Source of the DNA: an uncultured virus (IMG/VR IMGVR_UViG_3300025030_000084)
Lineage: Duplodnaviria > Heunggongvirae > Uroviricota > Caudoviricetes
Length of the DNA stretch: 64,000 nt
IMG/VR virus record: IMGVR_UViG_3300025030_000084
Strand: one strand, 5' to 3'
The first letter of the stretch is position 1, and every line of letters starts with the position of its first letter. The notes beneath the pieces were generated by a model. That model worked only from the letters and a program-made list of their open reading frames with translations. It made no database searches and was not told where the DNA came from. Positions 17,121 to 26,688 of this stretch are shown here, in pieces. Both the position numbers and the translations under genes were made by a program.

Positions 17121-18524
17121 TTAAGCCGCATCCAACCATTGATAATCGGCGTGACCCTCTTCCTTCTTCTTGTGAATGTCTTTCTTGTGATACCACGATT
17201 GGTTGACTTCGGTTGTCTCAACTTCAATAACCAGCGGGGTATTGATCCATGTAAAAATCTTGGGAACTTCCACGGTAACGATATGTTGGATTGTTTCTAT
17301 TACTTCCCGTTCTTCAGCAGGGTCCACACTCATAACCATTTCGTCATGGATCTGCCCAATCAACCGGGATTTCCAACCCCTCCGGTCCTGTTCCCGGTCA
17401 AGCAGTATGAACGTCAATAGAAGCATGTGGAAACTAGAGCCTTGAATGGGGTAATTGACGGCTTGTTTATTGTCCATGACCCCACGACAGGTAAAACCGG
17501 AAAGGGTCGTAAAATAGCCTTTCTTGAGGTAATCAGCATACCAATCTTCTTTCCACTTCTTGTAGACCTTAAACCGCTTGTTCCAGAAGATATCTTCAAC
17601 CTTCTTTACTTGGTCTTCAAAGCTTTGATAGGTCTTTATGCCCTTGTCGTACAGGTGATCGAGAAGAATAATACCGCTTTTAAGCTTGTGGGTATCTTCG
17701 TTCTGCATTTCCTTCCACATGTTTTCTGCACACGACTTGTACCAATCGCCGTAGAACTGCGCAAAGGTGAAGAAGGATTTAGCAGTATTACGAACAGGCT
17801 TGATGATCTGGTCCGGCGTGGTAAGGAAACAATCAACCGCAACGTCCCGGTGCATGTCCGTGGTAGGGTCGATGAGATACTTGATAAGTTGCGGGTCTTT
17901 GTTATAAGCAGCCGCCCCGGAAACCTCGCACCCCTTGAAGTCAGCGCATAGGATCTTCTGTCCTTTGTGGGGCAAGATTGCTTCCCGGCAAAGCTTCTTT
18001 AACAACGGGTCGCGGTTCGGCTGATTCTGGAAGTTGATGCGGTCTGAACTGGAACGGTAAGAAACAACCGTGTGCAGGTTGAAAAAGGGGCGCATAATCC
18101 CTTCAACATTCTCCCGCAAGTACCCGCCGATGTAGGTATCACGAACTTTGGTAAGGTGCCGTACCTTCAAGATCAGGTCAACCTCTTCCAAGCCTAGCAT
18201 TTTCAACGCCTCTTCGTCCACGGAAGGATTACCCTTCTCGGTGAACTTCTTAGGCTCTATCTTCATGTGCTCAAAAACAACCTTAGCAAGCTGGGGGTCC
18301 GAATTGAAATTGACTTCGCTTCGATAGACCTTCTTCCATTGTGCTGCAAGGTCGGAAGCCTCAAACTTCTTATTGGCGTAATTGATTTCCCTGTCAAGGC
18401 GCTTAGTAGTACGGATGCAGTAATCAACGTCAACGCGGATTCCTACAGCTTCGGCCCGCGCCAATGCTAATATACCTTCGTGAATCAGCTTGAATGCGGA
18501 ATATGTTTCAGCGGAAGTAATCAC
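17121..18524 (-). CDS. polA: Family A DNA polymerase, polymerase domain
   Basis: RSSSDRINFQNQP, motif A ADFKGCEV, motif B RNTAKSFFTFAQFYG, motif C QIHDEMV. Confidence 0.92.
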   Translation of the reverse strand: MITSAETYSAFKLIHEGILALARAEAVGIRVDVDYCIRTTKRLDREINYANKKFEASDLAAQWKKVYRSEVNFNSDPQLAKVVFEHMKIEPKKFTEKGNPSVDEEALKMLGLEEVDLILKVRHLTKVRDTYIGGYLRENVEGIMRPFFNLHTVVSYRSSSDRINFQNQPNRDPLLKKLCREAILPHKGQKILCADFKGCEVSGAAAYNKDPQLIKYLIDPTTDMHRDVAVDCFLTTPDQIIKPVRNTAKSFFTFAQFYGDWYKSCAENMWKEMQNEDTHKLKSGIILLDHLYDKGIKTYQSFEDQVKKVEDIFWNKRFKVYKKWKEDWYADYLKKGYFTTLSGFTCRGVMDNKQAVNYPIQGSSFHMLLLTFILLDREQDRRGWKSRLIGQIHDEMVMSVDPAEEREVIETIQHIVTVEVPKIFTWINTPLVIEVETTEVNQSWYHKKDIHKKKEEGHADYQWLDAA

Positions 18525-19738
18525 AGCCCTAGAATCTCCTTTTGAATAAGGTACAACCGAAATTCTAACAAGCTATCAAACCCGTTATACAGTAACAGGG
18601 GTTTGCGGGGAGCCTGAAGGATTCGGTTGAAGCCATTGGATTCCTTTTCGTCTTCCCCCACAAGATACTCAGAAACTTTGCTATCATAATCTACGATACC
18701 GAATTCAACGTATGCTTGGAACTTCAGGCCGGTGACTGATTTACGGTTATCAAGAATATGCGCCGTAAGCATGGTGTCATGAATCCAGTTTTCAACAACG
18801 GTCTGCAAAATGAACCTGCTCCACGCGTCTTCAAACTTCATGTTAGCCGCTACCTTGGCAATCGCCCTTTCCTTTAGAATCTGCTTCCAGATATGCAGGT
18901 TCTCCCCTTCCTTGGGCATGTTGAAGGCGTAACAGGAAGTAGCAGACTCAGCAACCGCGCAGGTTACTATCTGATGTCCTTTTGCGTGGGGTTTCAGGCC
19001 GGTGGTTTCGTAATCGAACGCTATGATATCGGCATAGTCATAGGTATGAGTTAACAGGTCTTTTAAACGCCGCTCGTCCGTTACTATCTCGATACACTCT
19101 TTTTCGTCTTTGTGTTGGGGGAATGGTACATCGATGTGCCTAACTGCATAAGCAATGTCATCTGTGAAGATTGTTTCAACAGCGGGGTTGCGTTCCCTTT
19201 CGCTCAAGACATAGGCGGGGTGGAACGCAAAGGAAACCCAGCACTTGGTATCACGATCAGGTGCAACAAACCCCCGCCACTTGGTAACGCCGTCAAGCTT
19301 CTTCTTCCAGCGATGCCCCAAAATGCTTTCAATTGCTGCATTGCCTAGAACAATAATCAATTCAGGCTTAAATTCCTTAATTACGCGCCATACCCTCGGG
19401 CGGCAATACTCGACCTGTTTCTCCGTGGGATCGTCCCCGGAATAGCACGAAATAGCGTTCATTTTGAGGCAATCGCGCTCAAGGTCTATGCCCTCTTTGT
19501 CAAGTACCTTGCGAAGCAGTTGGGCGGGCGCACCTATCATTGCTTCGTTACGAGCGTCTTCCTGCTTGCTGATTCCTTCCCCTATGATGAGAATACCCAA
19601 CTCGCCCTTGCCGGAGGGTTCCATCTTGGGGGAATTACATTTCTTGTGAAGACCGCAAGCACCGCAGCTAGTGTGACTGGAAACCCTAGCTGCTTTCTTT
19701 GTGCTTACCTCTTCTTTGCTGAAAAACCCTTCCGACAT
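18521..19738 (-). CDS. UDG-like domain fused to 3'-5' exonuclease (N-terminal part of the split polymerase)
   Basis: CGACGLHKKC, IIGEG and FHPAY (family-4 UDG-like); ExoI AFDYETTG, HDTML, and YNGFDS ExoIII. Confidence 0.85.
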   Translation of the reverse strand: MSEGFFSKEEVSTKKAARVSSHTSCGACGLHKKCNSPKMEPSGKGELGILIIGEGISKQEDARNEAMIGAPAQLLRKVLDKEGIDLERDCLKMNAISCYSGDDPTEKQVEYCRPRVWRVIKEFKPELIIVLGNAAIESILGHRWKKKLDGVTKWRGFVAPDRDTKCWVSFAFHPAYVLSERERNPAVETIFTDDIAYAVRHIDVPFPQHKDEKECIEIVTDERRLKDLLTHTYDYADIIAFDYETTGLKPHAKGHQIVTCAVAESATSCYAFNMPKEGENLHIWKQILKERAIAKVAANMKFEDAWSRFILQTVVENWIHDTMLTAHILDNRKSVTGLKFQAYVEFGIVDYDSKVSEYLVGEDEKESNGFNRILQAPRKPLLLYNGFDSLLEFRLYLIQKEILGL

Positions 19739-19739
19739 A

Positions 19740-19895
19740 TTAGATAGCCCCCAACCATACAAGATCCAAATACAATCTTTCAACAAACGTCAGTTTGTCA
19801 GAATGATATATCAGAAAGTGTTTCGCCATGATTGTGTTTGTGGTGTTAAACCATTCTCCGCAAAAAGGGCATTTGCGCACTGTGCGTTCTTCCAT
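19740..19895 (-). CDS. Small Zn-finger protein
   Basis: AGGAGG RBS; CPFC...HFLIYH C2H2-like pattern. Confidence 0.5.
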   Translation of the reverse strand: MEERTVRKCPFCGEWFNTTNTIMAKHFLIYHSDKLTFVERLYLDLVWLGAI

Positions 19896-19899
19896 TGGA

Positions 19900-20898
19900 T
19901 TAATCCTCCTTCGGCGCATAGGTTTTGACGATGTGGATAAAATCGTCCGTCTGGAACAACAACCGCCCTTCGGCAATGACGATAGTGGTTCCTATCTTGA
20001 GCATGGAAACCAGAAAGTCCGGGTGTATATCGAAATCAACAGGCTTACCCGCATACTTCACCCTTGCGATTTCCTCATACCAACCCGCGTTGCCATCGGT
20101 GGAAACGGTTAGCTTGCTGCCGTTCAGGGCCACGTTGACCCTTTCGCCGTCTGACATGGTATCGGCACGGTCCAGCATCTCCCCCATTTCTTCGGGGAAT
20201 TCCCCTTTCTCGCCCTTGCACTCAAGGAAACGATCAAGGTTCGGGTAGCTCTCTTCAGTGGTACGGCAAGAAAAGGTTACGTCCTGCGCGTTGCGGAAGT
20301 GCAACCATCCGTCCGTCTCGGCGTACTCATTGCAGTTGTAGTTGATAAGGTGACGGGCAGCGGAAGCGGGGATCATAAGTTCCCGCATGGCAACGTCTTC
20401 GCTGGTGAAGTAGCGGGTTGCTCTATCGTTATCGCAGGATTCAACACAGTCCTCTAAAACGTGGATATGTGTTAGTGCCGCCTTGTTAGCGTCCCTACCT
20501 GCCGAAAAGAGGCAGAATTTGACCGCAGGGGCGAAGTTCGCGGGGAGGGGTTCCCATTCCTCGGGCATTCCTAAATCTTCCAGTGGTAGGCATATTTCAG
20601 CCTCTAAACGCAGCCCTGCTTTTGCCTTGCTGCCGACAACCCGCAACTCCCCTTCGCTCAGGGTCAGTTCGATTTCAGCAGGCTTGAGTTTCCCGATCAG
20701 GTCTAAGAAGTTCTTAGCCGGAACAACCCCGGTGAAGTTCACGGTAACGGGATGGGACACTGCAATGTCATCGTTGAACGCAAAAACTTTACCGTTCTGG
20801 AAAACAAACGATGCGCTTTGTTGCAAAGCTTCTTTTTTAGCGATTCCTGGCATTACTGCTGCTAAGGCTTCTTCGAGTTTTAGGCGATTTACTTTCAC
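19900..20898 (-). CDS. dnaN: Sliding clamp (beta-clamp-like)
   Basis: AAGGAG RBS and GTG at 20898; ~330 aa; ESCDNDRA, YPNLDRFL and DIHPDFL match the three-domain DnaN pattern. Confidence 0.75.
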   Translation of the reverse strand: MKVNRLKLEEALAAVMPGIAKKEALQQSASFVFQNGKVFAFNDDIAVSHPVTVNFTGVVPAKNFLDLIGKLKPAEIELTLSEGELRVVGSKAKAGLRLEAEICLPLEDLGMPEEWEPLPANFAPAVKFCLFSAGRDANKAALTHIHVLEDCVESCDNDRATRYFTSEDVAMRELMIPASAARHLINYNCNEYAETDGWLHFRNAQDVTFSCRTTEESYPNLDRFLECKGEKGEFPEEMGEMLDRADTMSDGERVNVALNGSKLTVSTDGNAGWYEEIARVKYAGKPVDFDIHPDFLVSMLKIGTTIVIAEGRLLFQTDDFIHIVKTYAPKED

Positions 20899-21364
20899 GA
20901 TTTCTCCTTTTCTTAGTTTCTGAGATTTTCTTTCTGGTTTCTTCGCTAACGCCGTGACCCATTCTGGCCTTTGATATTTTAGCTCCTGTTCCTGCTGGCT
21001 TCGCAACCCCCTTATGATGCAGAGAAGCGTGTTCGGCTCTAGTGAGTATTTCCAGATTATCTATAGCGTCATTTGTTGAATCTTCGTCCTTGTGGTGTAC
21101 TATCTCACTGGATAACAGCTTTCGTCCCAAATGCTGCTCCATAACTAATCTAGCTCGTTTAATAGCTGGACCTTTGCCAACACTTACCGCATATCGATTG
21201 AGTGCTTTTTGTAAATGAACGCCGCCCTTCCAATTGGGGTTGTGTTCTTGTCTTACGTTGTGAGTATAGATAAAACGATTCCATTTCCCCCGTTTTTTAG
21301 TTACGGGAGCACCACAACCGCAAGCGCACAATGGAGGATTCCGTTTCGGCCCTGTCGTTCTCAT
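20837..21364 (-). CDS. HNH endonuclease with NUMOD3, paralogue of 7944-8558
   Basis: CACGCG, PNWKGG, IVHHKDEDSTNDAIDNLE, SEETRKKISE. Confidence 0.85.
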   Translation of the reverse strand: MRTTGPKRNPPLCACGCGAPVTKKRGKWNRFIYTHNVRQEHNPNWKGGVHLQKALNRYAVSVGKGPAIKRARLVMEQHLGRKLLSSEIVHHKDEDSTNDAIDNLEILTRAEHASLHHKGVAKPAGTGAKISKARMGHGVSEETRKKISETKKRRNRESKSPKTRRSLSSSNARNR

Positions 21365-21383
21365 TTCTGTTTTCCTTCAGTTA

Positions 21384-22049
21384 TTAGTAAAGTAAACCCT
21401 TCGGTTGTTTGATGGTATGTTTGCCAGAGCAGGCAAAGGACTCTTCTACGAATTTGCACATCTTATCAAACTGTTCGGGGCTTTTCTCGATCAAGATGCT
21501 GGGGCGGTTCTTCAGGGCAGCGCAAGCCCCCATCCAACCGCTACCGGCAAACGGGTCAAGGATAACACCCTCGGTCTTAATCTGGTCAATGCACCATAAA
21601 CCGAGTTTGATAGGCTTTTGTGTAGGGTGATTACGTTCCCAACCGTTACAGGGGTGATTAAACATTTGGGTAGGTTTTTCAAGATTGGTCCACGCCATTT
21701 CAGCAGCGGCCATAGTGGGCGGGGTGTTCTTCTTCCAGAGCAACCAGCATTGGGAAGGGGGCGCAAGGTAGTAGTGACCGCCCCAAACAACGGAAGGGAC
21801 GCCGGTTTCAATGATAGCGTCCATCCATTCTTGGTTAGCTTCTTCGTCCCAAGAGAGATCGGAAGCCTTGTTCAGAACGGTATTGCAAGTGTGTTTGTTC
21901 GTTTTGTCGGAGAACCAACCGCCCCCGGACCACTTGTCCCCAAGGCCGTAAGGTAAATCAGTTATTATGCAATCGAAATCAAGGTGAGGGATGAGGTCTA
22001 AACAGTCTGCATTATAAAGGGTGCAGTTACCTATTACTTCGGGGGTCAT
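21384..22049 (-). CDS. DNA methyltransferase (N6A/N4C, beta class)
   Basis: LYNADC, motif IV variant TDLPY, HPTQKP, motif I ILDPFAGSG. Confidence 0.85.
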   Translation of the reverse strand: MTPEVIGNCTLYNADCLDLIPHLDFDCIITDLPYGLGDKWSGGGWFSDKTNKHTCNTVLNKASDLSWDEEANQEWMDAIIETGVPSVVWGGHYYLAPPSQCWLLWKKNTPPTMAAAEMAWTNLEKPTQMFNHPCNGWERNHPTQKPIKLGLWCIDQIKTEGVILDPFAGSGWMGACAALKNRPSILIEKSPEQFDKMCKFVEESFACSGKHTIKQPKGLLY

Positions 22050-22335
22050 GAGAAATCCTTTTAGGGGTGCTGCTTGCTTGAACTAAGAAAGATACGCAGG
22101 GGAAGGAGTCGGTTTGGTGGCCTGCCTGTTCGTGCTCTCCGCTGCGTACCCTTCAACATTCAAACTCTTGGGGCGGTGCCGGGGCGAATCCGATGAATGT
22201 CGCCGCTGTGCCTCTTGCCCCTTGCCCGATTAGGGCTTTCATGTAGTTTCGGTGATAGCTCAAATGAGTTAGCGGGGTAGACAACCTAAATCCACTGGAT
22301 GGGTGGCTGGTTCCCTAAAGCCTACCCCGCCATAG

Positions 22336-22653
22336 TCAGCCGTAACCACTTGCCGGTTGCTTCGGCCTGTCGTGTACGCCGCCGCTCGGGGCGAAATTGT
22401 CAAAGTAGAAGAGGGAAGCACAGGCGCGCTCCCTAATGAACTGATAACCCCATCCGGTTATCAGTATCTCTTGTTCAAGCACGTCCTCGGGAAGACACGG
22501 GAGGTGCAATACCGCCCGCGATGCGACTATCTGCGCTCGGCTGTTGTTGCCGAGCGCCAGTTCCCGCGCCTCGCCGCAAGCTTCGTTAGAAGCCGCCGCC
22601 ATGAGCGCCACGGAAAGGGCGATTGCAAGATGTCGTGAGGAGTTACGCGTCAT
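22336..22653 (-). CDS. Hypothetical protein (signal-peptide-like N-terminus), possibly overlapping a structured RNA
   Basis: AAAGGA RBS, but the ORF contains two perfect 9-bp hairpins. Confidence 0.35.
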   Translation of the reverse strand: MTRNSSRHLAIALSVALMAAASNEACGEARELALGNNSRAQIVASRAVLHLPCLPEDVLEQEILITGWGYQFIRERACASLFYFDNFAPSGGVHDRPKQPASGYG

Positions 22654-22764
22654 GAACAAGAGAATCCTTTTGATAGTTTCTGCTTGTGTTAAGCTTTTGC
22701 TTGAGCGGTAAAGTCAAGGGGTTATACTCGATAACCCCTATCCTTTAAGTCTCACGCCGGGATA

Positions 22765-23523
22765 CTACTCGACCAGCTTGAACTGGTTGCCGTTCTTTTC
22801 CACGATGCCCAGCGCGATCAGAGCCGGAACGGTGTAGCGGAACATGACCTCCGCAACGAATGCGCCGGATTTGCCGCCCTGCTCCACGTACAGTTCGTCC
22901 GACAGGTCGCAGATTTCCTGTTTGGTGGCGGGGCCGTTGGCGAGGGTGTCTTTCAGGGCGTCCACCAGCGCGATGGAGCGGGTGTAGTTGTTCGCCGGTG
23001 CCGGGGCGCTCTTGCCGGGGGCTTTCCCTGCCGGTTTCTTCTCTTCCTTCTTGGGGGCTTCCTTGGCAGCGGGTTTCTTCTCTTCTTTCGCCGCAGGAGC
23101 CGCTTTAGCGCCCTTTTTCGGTTCTTCCTTGGCCGGTGCCTTGCTTTCTTCTTTCTTGCCGTTCTTGGCCGGTTTTGCGGCTTCCTTGACGGGTTCCGGC
23201 TCCGGTGCGTCCTCTTCCCCTGCGTCTTCCGGTTCCACGATCTCGATGCCCAGCGCCTTGATGGTTTCCTCGGCATCCTCGGAGAAGATCACCTTGTTCG
23301 GGTTCTCTTCGTCTTCTTCCATGTCGGTCGTGTAGATGGTGGAGTTACCTTCCTCGTCAACCGCTTCCTTCTTGATCAGTTCGATCAGTTCGGCGTCCGT
23401 GGTTTTCTTGGAAACCTTCTTGAACGGCGCGTCCGGCTGGAAAACTTCTTCCATTTCCTTGTAAAGCTGTTCCAGTGCTTCGCGGGTCGGCATTACTGCC
23501 TCTTCTTTCTTCGCTCTTGCCAT
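22765..23523 (-). CDS. Acidic N-domain, Lys/Ala/Pro-rich linker, C-terminal winged-helix-like domain
   Basis: H1-like linker (KPAAKEAPKKEEKKPAGK); C-domain NYTRS...EVMFRY shared with 39807-40376. Confidence 0.75.
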   Translation of the reverse strand: MARAKKEEAVMPTREALEQLYKEMEEVFQPDAPFKKVSKKTTDAELIELIKKEAVDEEGNSTIYTTDMEEDEENPNKVIFSEDAEETIKALGIEIVEPEDAGEEDAPEPEPVKEAAKPAKNGKKEESKAPAKEEPKKGAKAAPAAKEEKKPAAKEAPKKEEKKPAGKAPGKSAPAPANNYTRSIALVDALKDTLANGPATKQEICDLSDELYVEQGGKSGAFVAEVMFRYTVPALIALGIVEKNGNQFKLVE

Positions 23524-23580
23524 GTTGTTTAAATCCCCTTTGTTTGTAGTGGTTTCTTGCTGCAAATTAAAAGTGTGCTT

Positions 23581-23609
23581 GTTTTAGCTTAGTCATGAAA
23601 AATAGTCAA
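23581..23609 (-). promoter_or_regulatory. Sigma70-type promoter
   Basis: TTGACT-17 bp-TAAAAC on the minus strand. Confidence 0.6.
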
Positions 23610-23671
23610 CAGGAAATTTTGATACCGATTACAAATATAGATTATAATTCTTTAACCGGCTCTATGACAGT

Positions 23672-24001
23672 TCACAGCAAGGTCCGGTACTCAATGGGAA
23701 TGTTGGAGTTCGTCGCTAATTCAATACCTTGCTTCATTCCTTCAGTGATCCCCAAATCTGTATAGACAACCACGGCGTCCGCGTAAATGTTCCACGCAAA
23801 CCCCGCCGCCAAACCTTTAGCGCGTTCTTCGGGCTTGCTATCATCCAGAATTCCGGGTTGCGTGTATAATAAATGGGAAGCTATCGGGGCTTCATTTCGG
23901 TTCAACGCGTCTCTCATACACAAGCGGGCATAATCGACATTGCCTTGTATCTCTGCTTCTGTCTTACCTGAATAGGGTGATTCTATCACAACCTTCTGCA
24001 T
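23672..24001 (-). CDS. Nucleoside deoxyribosyltransferase-like fold protein (DUF4406-like)
   Basis: VVIESPYSG...PIASHLLY...VVYTDLGITEGM..GI. Confidence 0.6.
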   Translation of the reverse strand: MQKVVIESPYSGKTEAEIQGNVDYARLCMRDALNRNEAPIASHLLYTQPGILDDSKPEERAKGLAAGFAWNIYADAVVVYTDLGITEGMKQGIELATNSNIPIEYRTLL

Positions 24002-24012
24002 CTTAACCCCCT

Positions 24013-25539
24013 TTAGTAGCTGAACAAGTACGGTTTGCCTATCTGTAAACACTGCCCTACGTGAACTTGATAATGTTCGTCAAACTCTCCCTCACGCACT
24101 AGAATGGTCCCCACTCGCATTATCCCTTCTTTCTTTTCTTCCGGGGTCTGGTTGAAGCTAAAGGCGGCAGTGACATGATCCCACTTGCGGCGGTCAACGG
24201 TGAAGTTCTTGCGGGTGATACTCTTCTCCCCCATAGCCAAGGAGTCGGCCTGAGTACAACTGATAAAGCAAACGTGTTTGTTTTGTGACAGCTTGCGGCC
24301 CGTCTTCCACTTCTTGTTTTCTTGGAAGCGTTCATCACCTTGGCCGGATTCCGGGGCGGTAATGTCCATGTAGTCAGATATGATAACGTCCGGTACAAAC
24401 CCGTCCTCACGTTCCCACTTGTCAAGCTGCCTGCGCATATCGCTTATACTGCAACTGTCATTTTCGTAAGTCTTCAGTCGGAAACCCTTGGCGCGGATCT
24501 TCTTCTTGTACGCCTTGCCTTGTTCCAGCGCCTCCCGCCATGTGAGGGGGCTACATGCAGGGCGAATTTTGTACCATACGGCCCCCTTGAACGGGCTTTT
24601 AGGTTCATACTGGCATTCGGTACACGGAACGTACCCTGCGGCATCCTCGTAGGTCAGTTTCTCGCCATCTTCATAGCAGCCGACAGTCCCTAACCGCTTC
24701 CGGTGAAGTTCGCATGTATCCTTCTGGTTCAACTCGCAATCGAGAATGGGGGTCTTGATTTCCCCGCAATACTTCTTCTTATCAGAACGTTGCGCAAGGG
24801 TTATGTGGGTTCGTCTGACATAAGCCGCCTCAGACATATCGCCTAACTGGAACACGGCGACGTTACACCTTGCCCGTTGTGCCTGTTCAGCCAACCATTT
24901 TAGAAACCAAGTTTTACCCACCTTCGCCACGCCTATGAAAGTGATAAAGGAATCCCTTACCAGATGTTCGTTTATGATTTCCCCTATCTTGCCGGGGAGG
25001 GTAAAGAGCGGCGTAGCCTGCTCGTCAAAGGCGCTTCTGATTGCTTCTTCGTCATCAAACGGGTCAATCCAATCGGACGTTTCAACCTCTATGCTGCTGT
25101 ACTCGTCCATTACCGCTTTAGCTTCGGCAAGGTCGCCCTTGTTAGTGCAGTATTTGATATCTTCTGCAAGGTTCTCCAACTTGCGGAGGTTGAAGTGTTC
25201 GGTTGTCTTATCGACAAGGTATTGAACGTTAAACTTCTCGGCGTGTTCGTATTCGTCTGAGAGTGTGGCTAGAAAATCTTCTACAAAGCGAAGTTGCTCC
25301 GGGTCGGGCTTAGTCTTGGCCCAAGTGTTAAAGAGGTCTTGAATGTGCTGTTTCGGGGCTTCTTCATACTTGTCAAAGTATTCCAAACACCATCCGGCGA
25401 CAATTGGGGCAAACCCTATTTCCAACAGGTCCGGGGAATATAGGGGGGCCACAATCCTAAGATAGTGGTCTGATACCACTAACCCCGTTAGAATCTGTTT
25501 CTCTGTTGATACGTCTATCTTTTTTCTAGTTACAGCCAC
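24013..25539 (-). CDS. dnaB: Replicative DNA helicase, DnaB-like
   Basis: GVAKVGKT, PDVIISDYMD, SCTQ; internal Cys-rich insertion. Confidence 0.85.
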   Translation of the reverse strand: MAVTRKKIDVSTEKQILTGLVVSDHYLRIVAPLYSPDLLEIGFAPIVAGWCLEYFDKYEEAPKQHIQDLFNTWAKTKPDPEQLRFVEDFLATLSDEYEHAEKFNVQYLVDKTTEHFNLRKLENLAEDIKYCTNKGDLAEAKAVMDEYSSIEVETSDWIDPFDDEEAIRSAFDEQATPLFTLPGKIGEIINEHLVRDSFITFIGVAKVGKTWFLKWLAEQAQRARCNVAVFQLGDMSEAAYVRRTHITLAQRSDKKKYCGEIKTPILDCELNQKDTCELHRKRLGTVGCYEDGEKLTYEDAAGYVPCTECQYEPKSPFKGAVWYKIRPACSPLTWREALEQGKAYKKKIRAKGFRLKTYENDSCSISDMRRQLDKWEREDGFVPDVIISDYMDITAPESGQGDERFQENKKWKTGRKLSQNKHVCFISCTQADSLAMGEKSITRKNFTVDRRKWDHVTAAFSFNQTPEEKKEGIMRVGTILVREGEFDEHYQVHVGQCLQIGKPYLFSY

Positions 25540-26066
25540 TAGACAACCTCCCGCAATACAAATTCTTCATGCCCTGCCCCGGTCTTTCGACCTGAAGCGA
25601 CAATGCTTCTATTCTTGATTAGCGCGACAGCCTTGCTTTTGATAACATTGCTACGCATACCGTTGGGCATCTGCAAGTACCAATTGAAATCGGGGTATTC
25701 CCTGAACAGCTTGCCCCCTTCCTGCAAAGACTTGATAAGGTCTTTCTGAGCATCAGTAAGCGGCTTTACGCCCGCCTCTTTTCTTGTAGAAATATCTCCA
25801 TACTCGATATCAGTATTCTTGGATTCAAAACTACCCACGGCAACCCCTTTCTGTTTCGATTTTGATAACACGTATTTAGCATGAAACGTACGCTTACAGC
25901 CGCAGGAGGAAGTACCTTTGATTAACTCAGTACCTTTGACGGTTGTATGCTTTCCACAAGCGCACAGACAACGCCAATAGGAATACCCGTTTCTATTACC
26001 TGCGTCTTCCTTCACAACAAGCCAACCAAACCGCTTATCTAAAAGATTATGCCGTGGGAACGCCAT
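25539..26066 (-). CDS. Hypothetical protein with homing-endonuclease-associated Zn motif
   Basis: KRFGWLVV...WRCLCACG...SSCGC; no HNH catalytic motif seen. Confidence 0.6.
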   Translation of the reverse strand: MAFPRHNLLDKRFGWLVVKEDAGNRNGYSYWRCLCACGKHTTVKGTELIKGTSSCGCKRTFHAKYVLSKSKQKGVAVGSFESKNTDIEYGDISTRKEAGVKPLTDAQKDLIKSLQEGGKLFREYPDFNWYLQMPNGMRSNVIKSKAVALIKNRSIVASGRKTGAGHEEFVLREVV

Positions 26067-26072
26067 GACAAC

Positions 26073-26687
26073 CTACCCTTGCCGTAAATCCTTCCCGGCC
26101 ATTTTGATAGTGGTACAAAGACCACCTATTCTGGAAGCTATGCGGTCCCCCAACCTGTCGGCAACGCCGTCAAGCCCAAGGTTAGAAGTGATGATAGTAT
26201 GCATTCCGTGGGACCAGCGGTAGTCTATTATCTGATAAACAACCATGAGGGTCCAGTCAGAAACCTTCTCCACGCCGATATCATCGATAACAAGCGTGTC
26301 GATTTCGGAATACTTCTTGATAACCTGCGCTTCCGTTTGATGCGAAGCGTTGTTGAAGGTATCTTTGATCTCACTAAGCAAGCGCACCATGCTTACAAAA
26401 GCGCACTCATGATTACCCATCATTAGTTCGTGAACCAGCAAAGCAACCGCAAGGTGCGTCTTACCTGTTCCTACGTCCCCCATGATAAAAAGCGGCTTGT
26501 CGGTAGGAAACTTGGTGCCAAAGTCCTTGAGGTTCGCTGTGTGATAAATCGGGGGTACGTTCCGCTTGGTCAGGGCTTCGGGCATTTTAGCCAACCGGAA
26601 ACAGGTACGGCAAACAGGTTTGCCTTGGTGAACGAAATGGCCCAACGAGCCGCAAGCGCAACGGGGTGATTGATCTACAGTGCTCAT
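26073..26687 (-). CDS. dnaC: DnaC/IstB-like helicase loader ATPase
   Basis: GDVGTGKTHLA, LVIDDIG, IITSN, DRIASR. Confidence 0.9.
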   Translation of the reverse strand: MSTVDQSPRCACGSLGHFVHQGKPVCRTCFRLAKMPEALTKRNVPPIYHTANLKDFGTKFPTDKPLFIMGDVGTGKTHLAVALLVHELMMGNHECAFVSMVRLLSEIKDTFNNASHQTEAQVIKKYSEIDTLVIDDIGVEKVSDWTLMVVYQIIDYRWSHGMHTIITSNLGLDGVADRLGDRIASRIGGLCTTIKMAGKDLRQG

Positions 26688-26688
26688 G

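Noticed and set aside
18515..18530. Intron or intein splitting the polymerase
   Set aside because: The two ORFs overlap by 4 nt with no intervening sequence and no splicing motifs.
22050..22335. tRNA genes
   Set aside because: No TTC-containing T-loop or cloverleaf could be built by eye.
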